Of a stretch of 64,000 nucleotides of DNA, positions 12,001 to 16,887 are shown piece by piece. Source of the DNA: a virus (taxonomy: Duplodnaviria; Caudoviricetes). The translations under genes were made by a program, and so were the position numbers. Position 1 is the first letter of the stretch; the number at the start of each line of letters is the position of its first letter. The notes beneath the pieces are model-generated. The model was not told where the DNA came from. It saw only the letters and a program-made list of their open reading frames with translations, and did no database searches. The stretch covers positions 320,001-384,000 of the IMG/VR virus record IMGVR_UViG_3300037484_000435. One strand, written 5' to 3'.

Positions 12001-12530
12001 ATCTTTTCACCAGAAAAAGTTTCAATTACGTTAGGGGCCTTTAGGCCTTTCACAAAATCCATATAATCTAAGAACATATCCCGCTGCTGGTCAAGGCTAC
12101 GCCGCATTCTATCCGTATGTTGTTGGCTGGAATGAAACTGGCGATCGAATTCAGTTTGCATTTCCTGCCGAGCCTGAGAATACTCTTGTTTCTTTGTGAA
12201 TTCCTTGGAAAAAGGCTTTACTGGGTCAAATTCTTTTTTGGCAGTTTGGGGAGTGATCGGCCCTGCGGCCCGAAGATCCTTATCTCGAAGCATTGCAATC
12301 TGCTCTTCAATAGCATTTAATTCTGTTTGTATGCGGGATCTGTATTCCGATAAAATGGAAGTATCGTGGGATTGGGCGTAAGATGATTTGGCATCCTTAA
12401 TATCTCTAATATTAAGAGTTTTTAAATCTTCACGTAACTTATCTACAAAACCTTTTATATTCTCATTAATAGAGTCAGATAGTTGTGCGTCAATGTTTAT
12501 TTTTATATTAAAAGTATAATCTTCAGCCAC
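1..12530 (-). CDS. Giant tape-measure-position polyprotein (>=4176 aa, 3' end outside window) carrying RNAP, ligase, phosphoesterase, peptidase and RNase H domains
   Basis: GTG start at 12530 (MAEDYTFNIKINIDAQLSDS...), with GAGGT about 12 nt upstream. I translated the frame by hand over most of its length and found no stop down to position 3. It lies directly downstream of the tail tube and chaperone genes. It is absent from the ORF track because no stop lies in the window. Confidence 0.9.
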   Translation of the reverse strand, partial: MAEDYTFNIKINIDAQLSDSINENIKGFVDKLREDLKTLNIRDIKDAKSSYAQSHDTSILSEYRSRIQTELNAIEEQIAMLRDKDLRAAGPITPQTAKKEFDPVKPFSKEFTKKQEYSQARQEMQTEFDRQFHSSQQHTDRMRRSLDQQRDMFLDYMDFVKGLKAPNVIETFSGEKINVRPERTLQEIAAPNIFTRELELKLQKLQALPKEELGKEALRIRHQMDDVYQEIHTALSKVGYESHQEALKQVDALKSKLEEITTGNLAQITSAVEKELHSNKLAKQVVEMRDAITKAKEDLDKELGVEAIPTRRSFEQFQRSMVFTFAKPQFFEPAGPEFHDVESMSKRRGIGAPIGGRYVGDPRVTFNEFGGAQYGLTDVKALAKQLQSLMSAQGLSSSVKTDVGPDIQKSIDQYIESKGISRKAETIMSYSIDRLREIQKDLLSMVDQQLKAKLGAEEATKRIELVNKSIEGLTRQTIQIPSVHKSSRGALIIRDPERGEYLTLGKYLETRPAPNVLEDKYIAPLMEQVKTLRKEPKDIPRQIRDLSRLTKDYWVRSRPHEEHGVGIGQEGASEEVVQRVKNSFDLVSKFIKDTRGPRASKSLTAIDELRQQFNEQYESALREAIQSTRERLLKESVISGEVKLPDKLEKEFRPKMVPLVGKGARYELLPDPVLEYLRKESLKSGEAVSRIPTEKLESELQKTKEQELKKFGASDYQNRAWQRTLEQFSTYRPVDFYSLLNRAATYSKTDSNELQKLRNSLSSAGRLGNESYFQELLPQRFKKVFDPIKEKVPEEHEAMQKHEVYGRAKVTTIQPKIPGIDAGPSSYGVPVDLQALRRFIVTRNLDMEELVQKEFLRQTEASQRRLGPTIEKLATVGLNEASAAGKRDFGDHFMESMFRSKRLQPFASYDPRETEAFGYSINPARPTGAAWDSLAGPEFNAIRSRKAHGFIKGGEWGPYGTGLNVTTVLKDVSAGYEDLYQIGKRLQELATFKFKKMVVPSLKSTPEALKGSIIKYLEEVGHDIFGAPIQSKELADQTFVKDIVKRWSQSPKGPVEENIVELLNAYLGHETRKISTGQVMKGVAVTVARRMGPEAESSLVEKAKKGMAPRLEFSDIGMLREVPKTFEELLSEMIKARKDVDPAEAKKALEMIKGTRNLIMMSSEHLKDLKITPIEYGTGKLTGEDAPSVDERREFVSKVLGLGLAPTSVLKGAKTATDQVKTISADMGKVRKAYQEVVGGDLTRDVPVDLQVSASGIGKKSRMIGGNLAEMIANNIIGNLRSVALPDETLIDQIKRDPLAKVAVGNTASGVEARKLAELYKDILGLKGKYGEEFILDKEGKLEKAIAGAMHVMIMKEPKTWLSKGEEELESGESKMTVDPHGWFGLKKLFPKGGALEHEFTMRAFPDAREAGAYLNAFRSFSKLRSQELERDRSKTVITPEDLVDEGSNKYIAPLKRKATVADLSRTIFDAFKYGPSMVLRLPEPSEEVSKAREEEVAAGIKEGKQVVPIKKLIEIPEIKARQYVTSETGEILPSPDARYLSELIESVRKHSLLQKPAKTPQVEEIQKTFVDTMLGDFYNRIHPVRDIPFKKELLGKLEEQALGLVGNMPMPQFSAKSSLIADPQNPEKTWFPTLYSRLPEEHAKSLEEDFKKGITVSEAYTKYFSQLEDNVSNLNFRARLLRDLLSGSVIYTQDTNMIGKTVSEDISEGRNPNYAVKELVSPELLSKIVKDFRLYEPKLDARGQNVGLTSKTALDLQYGEIMRNLQAYYEELSGTVYGRGGLISNTIMKKKIPALYLTAQHRPYDPSEAIRSGIGRLEEFKEEIPGSEELIGQMSESLKNVGEFKKEHPSQWIGKGEVRIGRKDLVELQKAGMATPDLQSKVDDVYALINRQPTTDEFSYRSLKLTVDDMMKDLSGSVAVPGLPIGDYPVISTMNKTRDALEELREKKVKEIENELETSGGKFTSKVGKLQDDIDKIDKVSKDLLPLYHEASMTLDFDGDMISIHAATTQKANEELKRIHEMQLKDYGTTRRFMHENIQKSNVPESAVSLGVKGAELSPEELPASLKYRLSASSPGWKSMNYVDEITKAAKKNLLDIHETDPSTIAEDSLKHFVHKVDMGQGYEAFNRIGLLYRGADPKGLGLTPKLHENYNLLLGEFLRDTIQRVIGGKHGSAGSDLSPKVQQAFFTGNLDQLTSALDAGHGGWGEYKGGMQGAGEEALFGQQEESMRKYRLKFLRPLTLEQLQSESKEYGISTKGKDREQLIEDIIQKTSFRAMFENVFDQMMRMSVANVKELYATGLAGDATLSKKGSLGLARFVAGKPGYEDETLQTLGFKTKFKFNEGDFQALVGKDDITQLVIDEMRKASGKKLSKEEIGFRIAAMGEGIEKVRKGDYRNISEEIIQPGISTSTLYRGLQPMYKMKTSGGAAMAVGSYAKRSDIENEYTPGGPALSQAEVLDYVLRNKKGKGIEIPEMIGTFGGATEQKKYTFESPAMKAYEEFVVAHDQMMKIMNKEVYQVEGLLNQVQTFSKQTEGIYGEQSKAGRKFSYDKETGQVYIDSGIKTAFEDALRERMLARNPDERSTANDKLTQAMDRAHEIIRRGTALKYIDMGEGVKADYLRSVIDRVSDPKSSHAKEVDSLIEKLVYSREHGPMVKKALEGAGLGSMEDSSNIEVTVALRKIPAFRKQAVEEASASYIAGEAGYGSGIGPLRRASRSGFFGLTGVNLPAQISEGLVGRGKTQDLVASFSPLFKESWKEAVKENTETLSQEDWQSVYKAHPVLRGMKSPSEDTPYQDVISSLRNEGVYGGSRGVTHFINNVIKERQGQILEHIGAGLPKDWEDLRLSQVESRVNTAIPRSAEQSMWPFRPSAGGGVDLEEILSKPTHKVRNDVEKIFNSAFDLTSQDWQSIFHFDQKAKKITSESEKPLEALYAEGIYGENRGYTRYINMVFKKRMENILKELDIEPPDFYTMRFQKSRNEFLKAIEEKSVRGGLSTTMPSPGGPFGGPPFTPGEAFGEKAPENIRRAVRGFSPADYPHIKTGFEDPKFLEQDVEGSAQYKSHGHQIKMSAVPLRWGNTEIGYATRNKVLDPDTANKLYKPFIEQMEEGLAPELKKYSKDIGHRVDLFGEWGGKKDQLAWFDAKVANKPLPVDEFKKLADDLKLKTVDELYRGKVDKDLAQKVYTQQDQFKGIEEGVVAKALGEIDPKTGFPRMLKLKTKDYLVNEENRYPWRTQESAEQRIEERFARVLEGKRSYSPAYQTEEEIDQDSYKNFSPSLVQKQEGLYPEDWPVVETSKKRMEEYLKGLDDKFYQPPERAGEFKKGTKFLLQAPSVEPIPSFAKDAVVATQEELRKGIFGKGMPELPYDPVLVLNTRRQAPKYPEAVPISKEAGFMFPGEAKEGDVGRFVVHKHDAFRAGPHHDMRIEVGGQLQSWAVPEFMPTEKGKPRLAIGPTAHHAIDYYQKGEYDIPKGFYGAGHMATYDTGKATLESVKEGYVTVRLEGVKGLVDGTYNILNYEPKGEDTKKGQWLVSKVRPMEERDPERAKQFYGFSPNVEIDDTLGAGEGRYQDGNIRLFSPTNRAEMRAFMNVMQHEKGHAVIDYSAPTIAQDIMSGKEFPGIDTKKIQNYYMQKYGDRGEEEPANALEEALAGGLRTDEDQEVLDELAKVQELVAEKAGREAIGTSPQEELSFMRKNLQNYSPAQQPYTLYTDAGSRGNPGPSGAGAVLLNPKGQTIAEVNKYLGEMTSMAAEYQGLIMGLQEALKNSAQNIKVRSDSEVMVGQMRNEFKVKNEQIKELKAQADVLAAQFDNVSFSYVPREENKPADRLANIAMNRGLTPGTQAYAPLRQEPTGFLESAGRSALIGAAVAPIVGSMAYGLGLQHIPLATGAGAAVGALSGLTSAGVSRTPQLNPTNEERPIWKMLKGALSGAAVSSIAGAGWYGASSLLEGSNLLPQSFLDSRSSVIKAAPLWGAVTGGIGGLFTPSEKTYRSNTPAEGEENLDEPRLNAPADEKKPLWRRMAGGLGKAALIGGGAALAATYALPASMTMLGLGGLGAGTMAGATAYTGYPMIAPIVEALVGAIKTIGSSEIVKSGTALLGEGWSATKDLVGKISEYIPDSVTNLAKRGVNAAGSAAWSGMKDFEGYARPTFRKWDESAFPYATDVTKKVWGTAMDTVP
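3..1000 (-). other. Gly/Ala-rich hydrophobic segments (putative membrane-inserting tape-measure region)
   Basis: In-frame translation includes SALIGAAVAPIVGSMAYGLG, LATGAGAAVGALSG, MLKGALSGAAVSSIAGAGWYG and AGGLGKAALIGGGAALAATYALPASMTMLGLGGLGAGTMAGA. Confidence 0.65.
1029..1421 (-). other. RNase HI domain (Rv2228c/archaeal-type) within giant ORF
   Basis: YTLYTDAGSRGNPGPSGAG (D at 1401-1403), AAEYQGLIMGL, VRSDSE, VPREENKPADRLAN. All four acidic catalytic residues are present. The usual TNN is TSM here. Confidence 0.88.
1575..1870 (-). other. Zincin-like metallopeptidase domain within giant ORF
   Basis: GEGRYQDGNIRLF...VMQHEKGHAVI (HExxH at 1743-1757), with a downstream EEALA (1584-1598) as the likely third zinc ligand. 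Confidence 0.72.
1935..2411 (-). other. LigD-type DNA/RNA 3'-phosphoesterase (PE) domain within giant ORF
   Basis: RFVVHKHDAFRAGPHHDMRIEVGGQLQSWAVPE...RLAI..TAHHAIDY...IPKGFYGAGHMATYDTG...QWLVSK follows the LigD PE consensus FVVQKH..RRLHYDFRLE.DGVLKSWAVPK..RLAV..EDH.LDY..IP.G.YGAG...WD.G..WLL.K. Confidence 0.88.
2870..3380 (-). other. ATP-dependent ligase adenylation domain, RNA ligase (Rnl2-like), within giant ORF
   Basis: Motif I QYKSHG (K at 3351-3353), Ia YATRNKVL, III LFGEWGG, IIIa WFDAKV, TVDELYRG, IV EEGVVAK, V MLKLKTKDY, in canonical order. No OB-fold is recognisable afterwards. Confidence 0.78.
5241..7319 (-). other. RNA polymerase beta'-like (catalytic DPBB) region within giant ORF
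   Basis: YGRGGLISNTIMKKKI (cf. KGKQGRFRQNLLGKRV), GEVRIG, YALINRQPT (6846-6860; cf. VLLNRAPT) and MTLDFDGDMISIHAATTQKANEEL (DFDGD at 6528-6542; cf. [24 protein letters not shown]). The end boundary is approximate. Confidence 0.9.
5721..5813 (-). other. SAP/Rho-N-like helix-extension-helix motif
   Basis: LTLEQLQSESKEYGISTKGKDREQLIEDIIQ matches the L..ELK...K..GI...G.K.ELI..I pattern. Confidence 0.5.
8283..9659 (-). other. RNA polymerase beta-like (second DPBB) region within giant ORF
   Basis: GLNVTTVLKDVSAGYEDLYQIGKRL (YED 9597-9605; cf. E. coli [26 protein letters not shown]), KISTGQVMKGV (K-x7-K at 9288-9314; cf. KMAGRHGNKGV), VPVDLQVSASGIGKKSRMIGGNLAE (8742-8792; cf. [22 protein letters not shown]). 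Confidence 0.85.
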
Positions 12531-12552
12531 TATTTAAATTAACCTCATGAAC

Positions 12553-13647
12553 TTATTCTTTGGTGAATTTTTTACTCTTTGAAATACCCTTAGACTTTTT
12601 AAAAGTAACGCCGTCTTGTCCTGGGTCATCTTTCAAAGAGATATCGGCAACATTCCCAGCTTTAGGATTTGCCCGATCATACTGCCTATCCAAGTATTCT
12701 GGATGCGACTGCATAATTAATCTGGTGCTCATCTTCTCCGCCGTAGAGCTACCATATTTTTTCTCGGCCCGCCTTTCTGACCTGTCTTTCGATCTTTCCT
12801 TATGCAAGTCTTCCATATACTCGTCTAGTGCTCCATCATCTTGGATGACCCAGTCATCTGGCTGGTCCTCTGGAAGCATTTCATAAATAGATTGATAATA
12901 CCCTGTCCACCATAATAAGTTCTTTTGGTCAGGTGTCAATTCTATAGACGATTTTGGAAATAAATGAAGATTACCTTTCTGTGCGACTAAATAGTCCAAC
13001 CGCCACAAATTACTTCGGGCGATATACCTGATTTCTTCTGTCGTATGTCCAACTAAATATCTTAGAAACTCAGACAGAAGTTTGTTTTTGAGCTCAACTT
13101 TCCTTTCTACCTCCTTGCAATAGGTTAGGTAATTGTCCCATAATAACTCATCCGTTTCGGGGTCAAAACAGCAAGCCCATAACATGTAGTCATATTTGGC
13201 TTGTCGTGCTCTCCGTTCAGCAGTATTTGACATCATTATCTCGCGTTTCTTCTCGGCTTGAAATAATTCTTCCTCTAACTTATTTATACTCTCCTGAATG
13301 TAAGGCTTATAAGTAACATCAATATCTACGTCTGACATTTTTCTTTTATTCATGTCAAGTAATTTATGAATAGTTTCAACTTTTTTATCATCCTTTTCAG
13401 TCCAAATTCCGCGCTCACGCATTAGTTTGTCCATTTCAGATTCATTCATAATGTTGTCTTTTTTGGCACGGAACATAACACGGCGTTCCTCTAAATTCGC
13501 AAGGAGGGTGGTGTGACGGGAAGGATAACGGAAAATAACAAAAATAGGGAAATCCTCAGAGAAAAGAGAAACCTCAACAAGTCTTTGAGAAAAACATATC
13601 TGTTCTATTGTTAGTTGTAACTCGTCAAGAGTCCAATCAATAGACAT
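12553..13647 (-). CDS. Tail assembly chaperone, GT-like (long paralogue)
   Basis: Immediately upstream of the tape-measure ORF. It shares SNTAERRARQAKYDYMLWACCFDPETDELLWDNY with the 15859-16566 protein. Probable ATG at 13647 (MSIDWTLDEL). Confidence 0.6.
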   Translation of the reverse strand: MSIDWTLDELQLTIEQICFSQRLVEVSLFSEDFPIFVIFRYPSRHTTLLANLEERRVMFRAKKDNIMNESEMDKLMRERGIWTEKDDKKVETIHKLLDMNKRKMSDVDIDVTYKPYIQESINKLEEELFQAEKKREIMMSNTAERRARQAKYDYMLWACCFDPETDELLWDNYLTYCKEVERKVELKNKLLSEFLRYLVGHTTEEIRYIARSNLWRLDYLVAQKGNLHLFPKSSIELTPDQKNLLWWTGYYQSIYEMLPEDQPDDWVIQDDGALDEYMEDLHKERSKDRSERRAEKKYGSSTAEKMSTRLIMQSHPEYLDRQYDRANPKAGNVADISLKDDPGQDGVTFKKSKGISKSKKFTKE

Positions 13648-14542
13648 GCAAATCACCATACTTTATAATTCTATAACTACTCAATAGATCCCATTTTCTT
13701 GATAACCCAAACTGAACACTATTTCGACAGTCAATTAAAAATTTCTCGGCACGATTACCCCCTAGAGTATAATAACTATAAGTCCCAAAGTCTTTTACCT
13801 GACTAATCCGAGGAGCACCATAAGTGGAATCACAAAAATTCTTAATCCAAGCCAACAGATATCTGGTTCCACAAAAGCCTGTTACTAACGTGGGTATATT
13901 GTGTTTTTTATTCCAACCAAGGGAGACCCACCCATCACCATCAAGAAGTCCTTTAAGATAGGGCAGTATCAAATCATTATCTAATAACTTAGGGGGACGA
14001 AGTGTATAGGTCTTTTGCGGAGTAATAGAAAAATTGTTATTTAAATCTATATACCACCCCTTAATCCCAGAAATACGTATTTCAGCAAAATAGGAATTTT
14101 TACTAAAACCCCTACTTTTTCGAGAATGTATTTCCCCAGAAAAATGAGTCTCTGCTTTAAAAGATCCCAAAACAGAAGCATCCTTCTCAGCCAAACCTAT
14201 AGTTAATTGGTATCTATTTGCAGATAAGTTACCATCGGCAGCAATAAAGCCTGCCCAGTAAGAGTTGTGTGTATTCGGTTCGGAAAAGTAATCCAAATCA
14301 ACGGTTGTTCTGACTCGTCCTAAAGACAAGGTGTGGGAGGTATCACCTTTTATACCCAACCTCAGAAGTCTATTACTAACCGCACCTTTGCTCTTACCAA
14401 GTTGTTGTGAAATTTCTTTACGATTAACCTTTTCATAAAGAGATAATAGTAGCCTATCTTCTTCGGGAGTCCAATGTTTATACCCCTTAGTATTCTGAGG
14501 ATTGCGTGATTGGAGTTCATCTAAGGACCATTCTACTGCCAT
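13637..14542 (-). CDS. Free-standing LAGLIDADG homing endonuclease with one Myb-like W repeat
   Basis: SYWAGFIAADG and YLKGLLDGDG motifs; WTPEEDRLL repeat; RBS GGAG. Confidence 0.85.
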   Translation of the reverse strand: MAVEWSLDELQSRNPQNTKGYKHWTPEEDRLLLSLYEKVNRKEISQQLGKSKGAVSNRLLRLGIKGDTSHTLSLGRVRTTVDLDYFSEPNTHNSYWAGFIAADGNLSANRYQLTIGLAEKDASVLGSFKAETHFSGEIHSRKSRGFSKNSYFAEIRISGIKGWYIDLNNNFSITPQKTYTLRPPKLLDNDLILPYLKGLLDGDGWVSLGWNKKHNIPTLVTGFCGTRYLLAWIKNFCDSTYGAPRISQVKDFGTYSYYTLGGNRAEKFLIDCRNSVQFGLSRKWDLLSSYRIIKYGDLHVY

Positions 14543-14555
14543 CTATTTCTCCAAT

Positions 14556-14591
14556 AAAAAAGGACCTACTAACAGACGTTAGTAAGTCCTT
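14556..14591 (-). terminator. Intrinsic terminator-like hairpin
   Basis: Minus strand AAGGACTTACTAAC-GTCT-GTTAGTAGGTCCTT followed by a T run. Confidence 0.65.
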
Positions 14592-14605
14592 AAATTTAAA
14601 TATCG

Positions 14606-15748
14606 TTAAGCAGGGATACCTACTTGTCTTTCATATTCTTTTATCTTGCCCCATTTACGAGCAAGACGTGTTGGGGTTGGGACTTTTTGTAACTCTTTGA
14701 GGATACGGTAAGCCCTCTTTCCACCTACTTTATAAGTAAAAGCCCTTGAACCTTTTATAGGATGGACTTTAGCATTTATCCCATACATAGAAGGACAAAT
14801 TTTGTCAAATATTTCCTTCGCCCACTCAAGTAAATTTTGAGTCCCTGTGATGTTAATAATAGGATAAATATGGCCCCACTTATCGGGCTTACTAGGAAGA
14901 ATAATAGAACCGTCTCCATCAATAAGACCCACCATAAAGGCCAAACTATTTTCATAGTTAAGCTTGGTCGGTGGTTCTAATACGAGCGTTTTATTCTGTA
15001 CAATGTTAAAGTTGTTCTTTAGGTCCTGCACCATCTGTTGTGCAGAGGAAAACTCTAGAAAACTCATTGGTGTCTTACCTTTTACACTAGTTGTTAACCT
15101 AGTACGAATGTCACCAGTAAACCTAGACAAACTTGCAAAAGAAGTAAGAACCAGACTATCCTTCAAATGTAGAGAAATACGCACAGTGGCACGTTCTTCA
15201 TCAACAGACCCATCTGCCGCAATAAAGCCCGCCCAGTAAGAATTACAAACATTTGGTTCCTTAAAAAATTCTCTATTGTAATCATAACGTCTACGGTATG
15301 AAGACGGGTCTTTCTTCAAACCCAACCCACGGGCATGGCTTGTAATTGTCCGATAGTCTTTGTCTGGTATCAAATCTCTAAGCTCTGATACGGGTTTTTT
15401 TAAATAATTACTAATTAATATCTGCTCTTCACCCTCAGACCACCGAGTACGTTTTTCTAAACCAAGGGTTAAGATTTTTTTCTTAATCGCTGTTTTGGAA
15501 CGAGCAGAACAGAGACCTAGAGAGACTATCTCGTCCACTGTAAGATATTTATAATTTTCTATTAGGGAAGCAATATCTTCCTGAGACCATTCGGACTTAA
15601 TGTAGCCCCGCAACCCCAGTTGTTCTGCTTTTTTGTGAATTGATGCTTTCTTACGTAACGGTAGAAGTTTTTCCATATCTATTGCTGGTATCCTTGAATA
15701 GTTAATCATCATAATTTCAATTTCTTGTGGTGTCCATTTATTTGCCAT
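14606..15748 (-). CDS. LAGLIDADG homing endonuclease with three Myb-like repeats
   Basis: WTPQEI, WSQEDI and WSEGEE repeats; SYWAGFIAADG and FMVGLIDGDG. Confidence 0.85.
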   Translation of the reverse strand: MANKWTPQEIEIMMINYSRIPAIDMEKLLPLRKKASIHKKAEQLGLRGYIKSEWSQEDIASLIENYKYLTVDEIVSLGLCSARSKTAIKKKILTLGLEKRTRWSEGEEQILISNYLKKPVSELRDLIPDKDYRTITSHARGLGLKKDPSSYRRRYDYNREFFKEPNVCNSYWAGFIAADGSVDEERATVRISLHLKDSLVLTSFASLSRFTGDIRTRLTTSVKGKTPMSFLEFSSAQQMVQDLKNNFNIVQNKTLVLEPPTKLNYENSLAFMVGLIDGDGSIILPSKPDKWGHIYPIINITGTQNLLEWAKEIFDKICPSMYGINAKVHPIKGSRAFTYKVGGKRAYRILKELQKVPTPTRLARKWGKIKEYERQVGIPA

Positions 15749-15858
15749 TATTTCTCCTAGAAAGAATAGTTAAGGGATGCTCATTGAATGAAACACCCCT
15801 TTGCTGTATTAAGACACCTATTTAGAAGTTAGGTTCCCAGAAATAAAAATATGTTTAA

Positions 15859-16566
15859 TTATTTCTTTTTAGAATTTTTTACTTCTTTTTCTTCAACTTT
15901 TGCTTTAGGTTTTGCTTCTTCTATTTCCTTTGTACTTTCGGCTTCTTCTATCTCTTTGCGAGCAAGTGCCTCAGGAGTAGTCTCAAGAAAATTTTCTGCC
16001 AGACCCTGAAGTGCCAACATTACGGAGTAGCGTGAGCGCATTGCCAATGTGGGGTTGGAAGTAGTTTTATATTCGTCATAAGACTCCCAAACCTTGTCAC
16101 CATTTGAGTCTTTGACCATTGCAGAGGTAAGGTATTCTATTCTAGCATCCTCTGCCAATTGTTCTACGCTGTTAGACATAGGGCTAGAAGCTCTTTGGTT
16201 CCACCTAAAGAGTCTGTTTCTCACGTCTTCTACCTTCTCTGCACACACTTTCTTTTCATCAAGAGTCTTAGCACTATTAAGTTCCGCAATACCTTCGTCT
16301 AACTCCTTAATAAGAGCCACACGTTTTTCCTCGTACTTCTTACCAATGATATCCCTTTCTTCCAGAATATCCTGCATCTGAGCCATGGTAGTAACACCAG
16401 CCAAAAGTGCCTCATTGTAAGTCTTGCTATAGAACCAATCTGCCTGACGTACTTCGTCAATGCCAGCATTGTCAATAAAATACTTCTCTCCGTCGTGAAT
16501 AAACGTTCTTTTGTCCTCAAAGATATCCTGAAGAGTTTGTTCATCCTTTTTAGTTTTATCAGCCAT
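15859..16566 (-). CDS. Tail assembly chaperone, G-like (short paralogue)
   Basis: Acidic helical protein downstream of the tail tube gene. SNSVEQLAEDARIEYLTSAMVKDSNGDKVWESY aligns with the 12553 protein. Confidence 0.6.
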   Translation of the reverse strand: MADKTKKDEQTLQDIFEDKRTFIHDGEKYFIDNAGIDEVRQADWFYSKTYNEALLAGVTTMAQMQDILEERDIIGKKYEEKRVALIKELDEGIAELNSAKTLDEKKVCAEKVEDVRNRLFRWNQRASSPMSNSVEQLAEDARIEYLTSAMVKDSNGDKVWESYDEYKTTSNPTLAMRSRYSVMLALQGLAENFLETTPEALARKEIEEAESTKEIEEAKPKAKVEEKEVKNSKKK

Positions 16567-16582
16567 TTCCTATTCCTCCATC

Positions 16583-16858
16583 TTATCGCTTTACCGTGAT
16601 AATATCTTCAGCGGTAGCTTCATATTCAACGATATAAGATTTCTCCAGCTCCTTTTCCAGTTGCCGGATGGCGTCATTAGACGCCCTCAATATTTTAGAA
16701 CGCAGTGGCTTAAAAGCCTCTGGGTTACCTGCTAATGCAATAACTACACTTTCTACCTGATCCAGAATATGCGAATATGCTTTCTTCTGAATCTCTTGCA
16801 TTTTCCTTACAAATTTATCTCTGCTTTTTTTTTGTCGGTCTGATTCTTCTTGGGCCAT
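16583..16858 (-). CDS. Hypothetical protein (tail module)
   Basis: 91-aa ORF with RBS, in operon context. Confidence 0.6.
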   Translation of the reverse strand: MAQEESDRQKKSRDKFVRKMQEIQKKAYSHILDQVESVVIALAGNPEAFKPLRSKILRASNDAIRQLEKELEKSYIVEYEATAEDIITVKR

Positions 16859-16887
16859 TTCCAGATCCTCCTTTACCCATTATTATT

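Noticed and set aside
15859-15885. A-AAA-AAT slippery heptamer near the end of the short chaperone gene
   Set aside because: The -1 frame hits TAA within two codons, so no GT fusion is possible in the present sequence.
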